In this document: positions 25,970-36,088 of the stretch, in pieces
Layout: each line of letters begins with the position of its first letter
How positions within the stretch are numbered: the stretch's first letter is position 1
NCBI GenBank assembly: GCA_900617105.1
Contig: UYFQ01000362.1
Location: 1-36,088, forward strand
Reading direction: 5' to 3'
Source: Hydrurus foetidus
Lineage: Eukaryota
Length of the DNA stretch: 36,088 nucleotides
Translations under genes and position numbers: made by a program
The notes under the pieces: model-generated
The model's input: the letters and a program-made list of their open reading frames with translations, nothing else
What the model was told of the DNA's origin: nothing
Databases searched by the model: none

Positions 25970-28900
25970 ATGGCAGACGACGAACTGATGAAGGGCATGT
26001 CCCAAATATCAATAGATGATAACATAGAGAACAGAGGTGATGAGGGCGATGTTGATCAGAATTTAATAGAAATGGTAGATAGTGTCTTGTCCCTAAAGTC
26101 TTCAGCTCAACGATCCGTCTCGATTACATTATTTCGACAGAAAACGAACCTAATAACACCTACCTGAGTTCCAATAGTATGGTAAGTGCTGCTATATTTA
26201 TGAATCTTGATATACTGACACCGTGCGGCACGAATGTAGCCCTTGCATCTCAATATCGAGGAGTGCGTGCCGAAATGCGCATAGCTATCTAACCAAATAT
26301 GTCTTATTATTCCTCCGCAGATGTCGAGAGCAGGAGTGCCTCCGAGAGTGCCAGGGTCCATGGGAGTAACAGCACCGTAAGATACTTCGTCTTGATGCGC
26401 TTACTACGTGTCAGCAAAGCTTTACTTCAGTGCATTGATCTTTTGGGTTCAATTCAGTATATCAGGGAGCTCGAAATCAAATTTAGTCAACGCCTTCGGT
26501 AGAAGGAGCGGTCTATCATCTTGACCGAATTGCAACATCTCTGTCTGTAGAAAGTAATGGATGGTATATGTATCTCGTTAGTGTGGACTAGTACTTGCAT
26601 TTATTCTGTAACTAAATCTCAAATCAAAAGAGCACAGCATCGTCATGAAACCTCCCGAACAAATACCTTCCTACAGAAAAATTTAGTGCCAGACATCCCA
26701 CTCACTTCTTCAATTTTATTCCCACCTTGTCTATTTTCATCAGGCATAAGAAGTGGTCTCTTAAAGATTTTGAAATTGGAAAACCACTTGGGCGTGGTAA
26801 ATTCGGAGATGTGTACCTAGCCAGAGAACGGAAAAGCAAATTCATTGTAGCTATCAAGGTAATGTCGCCTCTCACTCTGATTGAACGAATGCTGACTTAC
26901 TGGGGATCATTGTTGTAAGTGGCTGTGTTAGATGATAGCGTTTATACTTCTGTCATCTTTCTCGGAGTTTCGTATGCGCAGTCAATGATAATGCAGAAGT
27001 GTTGCGCTCTCGACACGTGTAAATAGAACATACACAACTTAACATGGATGACACGACATGCTCGCATTTGAAATCTCGGACTATCACCGCTATGCACTTC
27101 TCATAAGACGTCGTTCTATCATACTGCACCTGTCCAACCACTGATGATTTACATCTACGCGTTCTTCTCTAGGCTATAAAGAAGAAACAGTTGTTGAAAG
27201 CTGGAGTGGAGCATCAGCTAAGAAGAGAAATTGAAATCCAATCGCACTTAAGGTAATGCTGTACTTTAATTATGAGGATAGAGTAGATACAATGATATCG
27301 TAAACTATGGCATGATTCGTATTGTTCATCTATCACCTCTGCAAGTTTAAGCACTTCTGACAGCTATTTGATTTAGTCCACTGACTTCACATACCTCTTC
27401 TAAGACACATTGTCATCACTAAGTTTCTTTTTTCTTTTCCTCTTTTCTCTTAAGGCAGCGAAACGTACTCCGAATGTTCGGATATTTTTTCGATGAAAAA
27501 AGGATATACATCATTTTAGAATTCGCCCCTGGGGGAGAGTTGTACAAGCAACTCACGAGCAGAGGATCCTTCTCAGAAGGGACTACCGCAAGGTATGGTA
27601 TAGTGCGGCGTTCCCGTCCATTTCATGGGGACCGTCCCTCGTTTTCTGTATTTCCATTATTTTCACGAATATGAGTTGAGCAATTATCAGAAATATTTTA
27701 AGTCCCGAGTGAGAGCACTGCAACTGTATCGGAGGCACTGTATACTTGTAAATCCGATTTAGTTAAGGGACTTCCTGTACATGAAAATGATTCGTGATAT
27801 GTCTCGCTCATGCGTCATGTCTGATGAATTCTTCCCCTTCCCTTTTCACGCAGTACCCTCACACACAAATGGACCTCCCACCATATCTACGCTAACACAC
27901 ATCTTCACCATCTGAAATTCACTCCCAGATACATCCATGATCTCGCAGCTGCATTGAATTACTGCCACACTAAACACGTCATCCACCGAGACATCAAGCC
28001 CGAGAACCTTCTCATCGGTCAGAAGGTACGTACGTGATACGGATTTCGAGTACGCACTGCATGTTCCTCACACATCCTCTACTCTTAGTGACAGCGACTT
28101 GTAAGGACGCTAGTGACAAGGATAAATAGTGTGTTAGCCTGTATTAGAAACAGTCTTTTTTTGTTCTTTGATAGACTGGTTGTCATCATACGATAGTTGA
28201 TAATTATCGTTATCGTCCATATCTCGTACTGTTTCCATTTTAAGTATTTGTTCCTCTGACCTCCATTCCATTCTTACCCTGTACTCCTCATCGTAACTCC
28301 CTTTCTCTTGGATACGTTCTACTGTCTTCATCCCCTCTCAGCTCTCCCCATACCATCCTCCCCTGTGTTCTCTCACTGCAATCCCTTCCATTCTGCTGAC
28401 TCGCTCATCCAACTCCCCTCCTTTTCACTTCAACACACGTCATTATAACAAACGTTATTTCAACACACGTCGTTTACAGGGGGACATTAAGATCGCGGAC
28501 TTTGGATGGTCCGTACACGCCCCCACTTCGAGACGCACCACTCTCTGCGGTGAGAAAAGATCAGAAGAAATGAGATCAGAAATTTGGCTAGTCTGTCGCT
28601 AACCTTGTTCTGACCTAGAATGCGCCCAGTGGATATGATGTCATGTATTCTGATGCGTCTCTTTGAACACCACTGTTATTGAGTGTCACTACCAGTTAGA
28701 GGACTATCTACCTAAATTCATTCTTGATGTCTTCACATTTCTTGTATTATTTTCTTTGAAATTATCACACGTCATCCCATCATTGTATCAGTCTATGTGA
28801 TGACTTCATCCCTATGTGACTCGTACATTGCCTTCATTGAAATCACTGCTTCAACTACCTCCTTGTAACTCCCTTGGCACTACCACTTCTTATCCAATGC

Positions 28901-29422
28901 AGGGACCCTGGACTATCTTCCCCCAGAGATGGTGGAGGGCAGAGACCACGACTCTACAGGTCGGTCATCAATCGTGACTGTCACTGCTGCTGAATCTTCA
29001 TCGATATCACTCTCCCTCGCACGCACACACTCTTTCTTTTTCACTGCGTGGTCTGTCAATATATATCTCGAGTCAGTTAGAGCACTTCCCTTCATTGTTC
29101 ATGGCATCAGACCTTCATCGCACACTCGCTAATCATTGTTCTAACGATCCTCTCACCACTTGTACGTACAGCTGATGTGTGGAGTCTGGGCGTACTTACG
29201 TACGAGTTCCTCGTGGGCAGTCCCCCTTTCGAAGGTGACACGTCACACCTTTCTGCAGTGCGTACTTGTAACCTTATCCTTTGCTTGTCCACACGCGTAT
29301 TTTTCATTCCATTGATAACCCCTCTTACTATTCCTATGACACTCAGTCTACCTGTTTCCATCTCTCAACCTTTCCATCCATCTTTTTCCCATTCTTTCCA
29401 TCCCTCTCGGCCCATCTCTCTT

Positions 29423-29467
<45 letters not shown>

Positions 29468-30210
29468 GCCCTCTTTATATATATATATTTATATATCTTT
29501 CTCTCTCTTTCTCACTCTCTCTCCTTCTTTCTCTAGCTCACTCTTTCTCTCACTCTCTTTCTCCTACACACTTTCACACAGCTGTGGGTCACCGTGCCAC
29601 GTACCGCAGAATAAGTAACGTGGATCTCCGGTTCCCCAACACGGTATCCTCCGGCGCCAAAGACCTTATCTCCCGGTACGTGCTCAAAAGAGTACAACGT
29701 ACGACCGCTTATATCTTATATATTGTGCAAGTTGTATTCCTATTAATTAAGTGATTAGAAATCGTACCGATGTTAATTATCTGCAAGTACTACTGCCACT
29801 CATCCCCCAGCTGTCGGCTTTACATGTTGTTTCTCTACCCTTATATTTCTAACACGCATTCCTCCGTGTCTGTCTTGATGATATACAATCATCTAACCCT
29901 CCTTCACATTTGCTCATCCACATTTCTTGCCTCTCGAAGAACAAATATTTGCATTGTCTGTTTGATAACGCAACACATCGCTTTACATCAATAATGTGAT
30001 ACATTGATGCACACCTTATTCAATCAATTATTTTATTGCACATTCAGTTTACTTGTGAAAGAACAAGCGCGTCGCATGAAACTGGTGGACGTGCCCAAGC
30101 ACCCTTGGATCATGCATCATCTCGCAGCAGCAGCAGCCAGACAAGCAGCAGCAGCAGTCGCTGCCGCCACTACCTCGTCCTCCTCCTCTTCTTCTAGCGC
30201 TGTGAATTAA
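25970..30210 (+). CDS. AUR: Aurora-family Ser/Thr kinase, 11 exons
   Basis: Exons 25970-26074, 26321-26376, 26744-26858, 27173-27252, 27455-27592, 27929-28025, 28480-28549, 28903-28959, 29172-29234, 29582-29675 and 30048-30210. Motifs [82 protein letters not shown] and [20 protein letters not shown]. The first two exons are less certain. Confidence 0.95.
29425..29545. repeat. (CT)n / (TA)n simple repeats in an Aurora intron
   Basis: Direct reading. Confidence 0.9.
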
Positions 30211-31102
30211 ATACAGGTATATGTCTTGGCAAGAGGGAGACAGGCTTCGAATATTCAGTAGCGCATTCAGTGCAAATTATATGGATGGGATCGCATGGGA
30301 TGGGATGGGATACACTCTTCAGAACAAGTTAACCTAAATTGTAACAGTAATATTTCAAATCGATAATTTGTGTATTGTATATAAGCAAAAAAATATCGTG
30401 TAAAATGCCACGGCTCAAAATAGAAATAAATAAAAACCAGTTTCTCACCTTAACGACATTCATGACAGAACTGTAAAATATTTTTCTATTTACGAATACG
30501 AGCGCTGTTACATTATTTTCCAAAACTCCCGATTATAAATCTTTAAAAGAATCAAATACTTTTCATGAAGTCCTTTTACAAATATATAAGTACATTTCAG
30601 TGGCCGAGCAGCTACAAAAGTTAGAGAGTGTCTACTGCTACTAAAGATACTTGAATGCACCAATTTGCGATGTCAACGGTCGGTTTCCGCCATCAGTGAT
30701 ATCAATCAAATGTGTTCGAAGTTGTAACAATAAACAATGCCCCAATGGTCTTCTACTCGCATGTCGTCCCCGTCAGTCCTTCCCTCCGAAAATGTCGGAT
30801 TTCTTTACGGATTTAGTATTCCGTCAAAGTGCGAGGAACATGCACAGCGAAAAGTGAAGGAGTTGAGTTGGAGTAGCAGCGGGAAGACGTAAATGCACTT
30901 CCGTTTCAGACTCGCCTCTAACTCAAGCTCAAGTCATCTCAGCTTCCGAAACCAGAAGCCTGTCTTTGAGGAGATCCGAATGGCTTGTGACGAGCATTCA
31001 CTAGGAGCTCGAGCTTCAGCTCTACTTCCTCGAAAATCGAAATCTCTGTCGTCAAGATAATTCTTGCGCCGACATTACACCAGGAGACAGTGGACACACA
31101 CA

Positions 31103-33114
31103 ATGTCAAGCATTCCATTTTTCACGATACTGCTCCTGATGATTCTGTCGATGCTGATACAGTCCAAGGATTCTGAAGACAAGGTCAACGTATCCTATCT
31201 GATTCCCAAACTTGAACTTCACGCCCATCTGCATGGAAGCATTCGACAGTCAACATTGAATGAGTTGGCTCAGAATGCAAATGACTCTGGTAGGTCGCGT
31301 ATCCATGCAATGCAGCTGTGTACACTATACTACAGAGTGATCATACAGTCTCGGTATCGTCTATCTCTTTAGGTGCGTCTTTGCATCATCTTACAGGGAG
31401 TAGAGATCTAGCAAAGTGCTTCGGTATATTTGCAGTGATCCACAGGATGATTAAAACGAGCCAAACACTCACCAGGATAATTCGTGAAGTTCTTGATGAT
31501 TTCATGGCTGACAATGTGATTTATTTAGAATTGCGAAGCACTCCTCGGGATTTGGAAGGTAGACCTCATATATCATTTTCTGTGCAGAATATCGTAAAAT
31601 TGATATACTCCCAATGTTATTTTTCTTCATAGATGGGACGACTCGATGGGCGTATGTCAGTCTATTGATCACCGAGATCGAGGAGCACAACAGATTGCAC
31701 GGTCACAGGATGATAGTGAGACTTCTCCTAAGTTTAGATCGCTCGAAAAGTCTTCAGCAAAATACTGATATAGCTGATCTTGCGATGGTATTCAAACCCA
31801 CCACTGAAGTTCTGGTGGGGATAGATTTGAGTGGCAATCCCTCCAAGGGGCAGTTTGAGGATTATGTTACTCTACTGCAGCAGTGCAGAGATGCTGGGTT
31901 TTATGTCACTGTGCACGCTGGTGAAGTGCCAGATGCGGCAGACAGTGACATTCGAATAATTCAACAAGCAAGCAATCGCAGCAGGTCGATGACATCAGCT
32001 CACGGAGATCATGCTCAAATTAGGGATGAAGTGCAAGTTGAAGTAGGAGTTGGAGTTGATGGTCAGGCCGAGATGGTTGTGGATTACTACTCTGAAATGG
32101 ACAGCATACTTTCCTTCTGGTGAGACCCCATGTGATGATGTCTTATCTGTGATTGGTTTCATGACGTATGATGCAATGTGGGATAGTGATGTGTCCAAAA
32201 CGCGCTGCCATTACTTTTGTTGCTTTTTTTACCATCATTGTCAAAATCAGATCTCCGCTCTTTTTACTATTTCATCAACTATCATAATTACCATCTTTTG
32301 CTGCTGCTACTGCTGATTTAACAACTCTGTTTCTGGAGTGACACTTTGTAATTAGAACGATGTGCCTTAAAGTAATTCCACTCGAAAGACCGACTGACGC
32401 TTGTCGACACTTCACTCTCCATGGATCTCTGCACGTACTGCTCTGTAGGCCTGATCGACTTGGACATGCTCTGTACTTACGCCCTAGACATGTGCAAATG
32501 GTACGTGATGATTCTTTCTCATTTCTTTTTAACTGCTTTTCTGCGCACATTCTAACTTCAGTTCTATTAGATTTGTGGCACCTGTTTTCAGTCATATATT
32601 TGTATTCTGAACGAGTGCACACTGCACAGCACAGCAACTCTGTCGGTCTAATTTGTTGGAACAGTTTCAGTAGCCAAATACCAAAATTCTTTCAAACAAA
32701 ATATTTTCGGAAACGTGTCAATCAGTTTTGCTTTCGATGCTCCCCTTTCCTTTCCTAAATTTTATAGAATTTAATAATTGTTCGTTCTCGTAGATTGGGT
32801 ATACATGATATATACCAGCACGTAATACGCTTTCTTTGTATGTCCTTTTACCCATTCAATACCTTTAATAATTACCTATCACATCAATTACAACACGAAG
32901 TTGCTTGATGCCCACGCAGCTTACACGCAGGATAGCCGCATAGATTCTGCTGACAGCAACCGTATATATTCTGTTTCCCCTCCCAACCGGAGGGCACCTC
33001 TGATAGAGATTTGTCCGAGCTCGAATAGCTATACTCTACATTTAGAGGATCTGAGGTCGCACCCCACCCTAGCAACCTGGATTGGTGCAGGCTATCCGAT
33101 AGCGATCAGCACAG
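31103..33114 (+). CDS. ADAL: Adenosine deaminase-like protein (ADAL/MAPDA, N6-methyl-AMP deaminase type); 3' exons lie beyond the window
   Basis: Exons 31103-31289, 31373-31558, 31633-32119, 32449-32500 and ~32901-33114. Motifs PKLELHAHLHGS, CFGIFAVIH, DNVIYLELRSTP, VGIDLSGNP, VHAGE, PDRLGHA, IEICPSSN and PIAIST|G (phase fits the expected TDD). Confidence 0.88.
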
Positions 33115-33157
33115 GTGCATGGTGTGCTGCGCTCTACTGTTGTTCTATGTAACGTCT

Positions 33158-36088
33158 AGTATAGTGTAACCTAGTGCAGTCTAGTGCAGTGCACTATGAT
33201 GTAGTGCAGTACAGTGCGGTGCAGTGCCCTATGGTGTAGTATAGTGTAGTGCGGTGTAGTGTAGGGTGATGCAGTGTAGTGTTTTAGTGTAGTGTGGTGC
33301 AGTGTAGTGTAGTGTAGTGTAGTGTGATGTAGTGTAACATAGTGTGGTGCAGTGTAGTGTAGTGTAGTGTAGTGTAGTGTAGTGTAGTGTAGTGTAGTGT
33401 AGTGTAGTGTAGTGTAGTGTAGTGTAGTGTAGTGTAGTGTAGTGTAGTGTGGTGTAGTGTAGTGTAGTGTAGTGTAGTGTGATGCAGTGTAACATAGTGT
33501 GGTGCAGTGTAGTGTAGTGTAGTGTAGTGTAGTGTAGTGTAGTGTAGGTGTGGTGTAGTGTAGTGTGAGTGTAGTGTAGTGTACAGTGTGGTGTAGTGTA
33601 GTGTAGTGTAGTGTAGTGTAGTGTAGTGTAGTGTAGTGTGTAGTGTGGTGCAGTGTAGTGTAGTGTAGTGTAGTGTAGTGTAGTGTAGTGTAGTGTGGTG
33701 CAGTGTAGTGTAGTGTAGTGTAGTGTGGTGTAGTGTAGTGTAGTGTAGTGTAGTGTAGTGTAGTGTAGTGTAGTGTAGTGTAGTGTAGTGTAGTGTAGTG
33801 TAGTGTAGTGTAGTGTGATGCAGTGTAACATAGTGTGGTGCAGTGTAGTGTAGTGTAGTGTAGTGTAGTGTAGTGTAGTGTAGTGTAGTGTAGTGTAGTG
33901 TAGTGTAGTGTAGTGTAGTGTAGTGTAGTGTAGTGTAGTGTAGTGTAGTGTAGTGTGTGTATAGTGTAGTGTAGTGTGGTGTAGTGTAGTGTAGTGTAGT
34001 GTAGTGTAGTGTAGTGTGTTGCAGTGTAGTGTAGTGTGGTGTAGTGTAGTGTAGTGTAGTGTAGTGTAGTGTAGTGTGGTGTAGTGTAGTGTAGTGTAGT
34101 GTGGTGTAGTGTAGTGTAGTGTGGTGTAGTGTAGTGTAGTGTGTGCAGTGTAGTGTAGTGTGGTGTGGTGTGAGTGTAGTGTAGTGTGTGTGGTGTGTAG
34201 TGTAGTGTGGTGTAGTGTAGTGTAGTGTAGTGTAGTGTGTTGCAGTGTAGTGTGGTGTGGTGTGGTGTGTGATGCAGTGTAACATAGTGTAGTGTAGTGT
34301 GTGAGGTGTGGTGTAGTGTAGTGTAGTGTAGTGTGTGTAGTGTAGTGTAGTGTGAGTGTAGTGTAGTGTAGTGTGAGTGTAGTGTAGTGTAGTGTTGTAG
34401 TGTAGTGTAGTGTGTGCAGTGTAGTGTAGTGTAGTGTAGTGTAGTGTAGTGTAGTGTAGTGTAGTGTGGTGCAGTGTGAGTGTAGTGTAGTGTAGTGTGT
34501 GTGTTATAGTGTAGTGTAGTGTATGTAGTGTAGTGTAGTGTGAGTGTAGTGTGTGTAGTGTAGTGTAGTGTGATGTAGTGTAACATGGTGTGTTGTAGTG
34601 TAGTAGTGTAGTGTAGTGTAGTGTGGTGTAGTGTAGTGTGGTGTAGTGTAGTGTGAGTGTGGTGTGGTGTAGTGTAGTGTGGTGTAGTGTAGTGTAGTGT
34701 GGTGTAGTGTAGTGTAGTGTAGTGTAGTGTAGTGTGGTGCAGTGTAAAGTGGTGTGGTGCAGTGTAGTGTGGTGTGGTGTAGTGTAGTGTAGTGTAGTGT
34801 AGTGTAGTGTGGTGTAGTGTAGTGTGGTGTGTGTAGTGTAGTGTAGTGTAGTGTAGTGTGGTGCAGTGTTAGTGTGTGTGGTGTGGTAGTGTAGTGTAGT
34901 AGTAGTGTTGCAGTGTAACATAGTGTAGTGTAGTGTGATGCAGTGTAACATAGTGTGGTGCAGTGTAGTGTAGTGTAGTGTAGTGTAGTGTAGTGTAGTG
35001 TAGTGTAGTGTAGTGTAGTGTAGTGTAGTGTAGTGTAGTGTAGTGTAGTGTGTTGCAGTGTAGCATAGGGTGATGCAGTATAGTGTAGTGTAGTGTGATG
35101 CAGTGTAGTGTAGTGTGATGCAGTGTAACATAGTGTGTTGCAGTGTAACAAAGTGTGGTGCAGTGTAGTGTAGTGTAGTGTAGTGTAGTGTAGTGTAGTG
35201 TAGTGTAGTGTAGTGTAGTGTAGTGTAGTGTAGTGTAGTGTAGTGTAGTGTGGTGTAGTGTAACATAGTGTAGTGTAGTGTAGTGTAGTGTAGTGTAGTG
35301 TAGTGTAGTGTAGTGTAGTGTAGTGTAGTGTGATGTGTAGTGTGGTGCAGTGTAGTGTAGTGTGTTGCAGTGTAGTGTAGTGTAGTGCAGTGTAGTGTAG
35401 TGTAGTGCAGTGTAGTGTAGTGTAGTGTAGTGTAGTGTAGTGTAGTGTAGTGTAGTGTAGTGTAGTGTAGTGTAACATAGTGTGGTGCAGTGTAGTGTAG
35501 TGTGTTGTAGTGTAGTGTAGTGTGTTGCAGTGTAACATAGCGTAGTTCGGTGTAGTGTAGTGTGATGTAGTGTAGTGTAGTGTAGTAGTGTAGTGTTGTG
35601 GTAGTGTAGTGGCAGTGTAGTGTGTTGTAGTGTAGTGTAGTGTGGTGCAGTGTAGTGTAGTGTAGTGTAGTGTAGTGTAGTGTAGTGCAGTGTAGTGTAG
35701 TGTAGTGTAGTGTGAGTGTAGTGTAGTGTGAGTGTGAGTGGTGTAGTGTAGTGTAGTGTAGTGTAGTGTAGTGTAGTGTAGTGTAGTGTAGTGTAGTGTA
35801 GTGTAGTGTAGTGTAGTGTAGTGTAGTGTAGTGTGATGCAGTGTAACATAGTGTGTTGCAGTGTAACAAAGTGTCGTGCAGTGTAGTGTAGTGTAGTGTA
35901 GTGTAGTGTAGTGTAGTGTAGTGTAGTGTAGTGTGTTGTAGTGTAGTATAGTGTAGTGTAGTGTGGTGTAGTGTAGGTGTGTTGTGGTGTGAGTGTAGTG
36001 TAGTGTAGTGTGGTGTAGTGTAGTGTGGTACAGTGTAGTGTAGTGTGATGTAGTGTAGTGTAGTGTAGTGTGGTGTAGTGTAGTGTGA
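33158..36088. repeat. (TAGTG)n / (CACTA)n pentanucleotide satellite, >2.9 kb, open at the window end
   Basis: Direct reading; begins about 45 bp after the splice donor at 33115; recurrent variant cassettes. Confidence 0.98.

Noticed and set aside
30311..30633. AT-rich segment with CACTCT...AGAGTG ends as another MITE
   Set aside because: Only about 7 bp of inverted match and no clean TA on the right; insufficient.
33171..35869. Long minus-strand ORFs (200-861 aa, HYTTL repeats)
   Set aside because: Artefacts of (CACTA)n, which lacks stop codons in all three frames.
33158..36088. Telomere, or CACTA-transposon termini
   Set aside because: The unit is not a G-run telomeric repeat and the array starts right after a splice donor of an incomplete gene. 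The CACTA match is just the reverse complement of the unit.

Overview
Intron-rich eukaryotic nuclear DNA. A stramenopile alga with a complex plastid (chrysophyte-like) is my inference. I reconstructed eight protein genes by hand across GT-AG introns: a LipB octanoyltransferase (3'-truncated), a TRIP4/ASC-1/Rqt4-like C2HC5 zinc-finger gene that is hidden from the ORF track, an NCA2/DGS1-like gene, an unknown 823-aa membrane protein with 44-aa (4x11) repeats, S-adenosylhomocysteine hydrolase, GATOR2 subunit MIOS/Sea4, an Aurora kinase, and an ADAL/MAPDA-like deaminase whose last visible intron holds a >2.9 kb (TAGTG)n satellite. The most striking structure is a 2.17-kb stack of five TA-flanked MITEs (4948-7113) between two divergent genes. 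Three families there share CCGTCGAGTGCC ends, one copy is nested inverted inside its own sibling, and a fourth family has GAG...CTC ends. Several TA+3-bp pentamer runs elsewhere resemble Tc1/mariner excision footprints. All exon models and counts are manual and unverified by RNA data or database searches.
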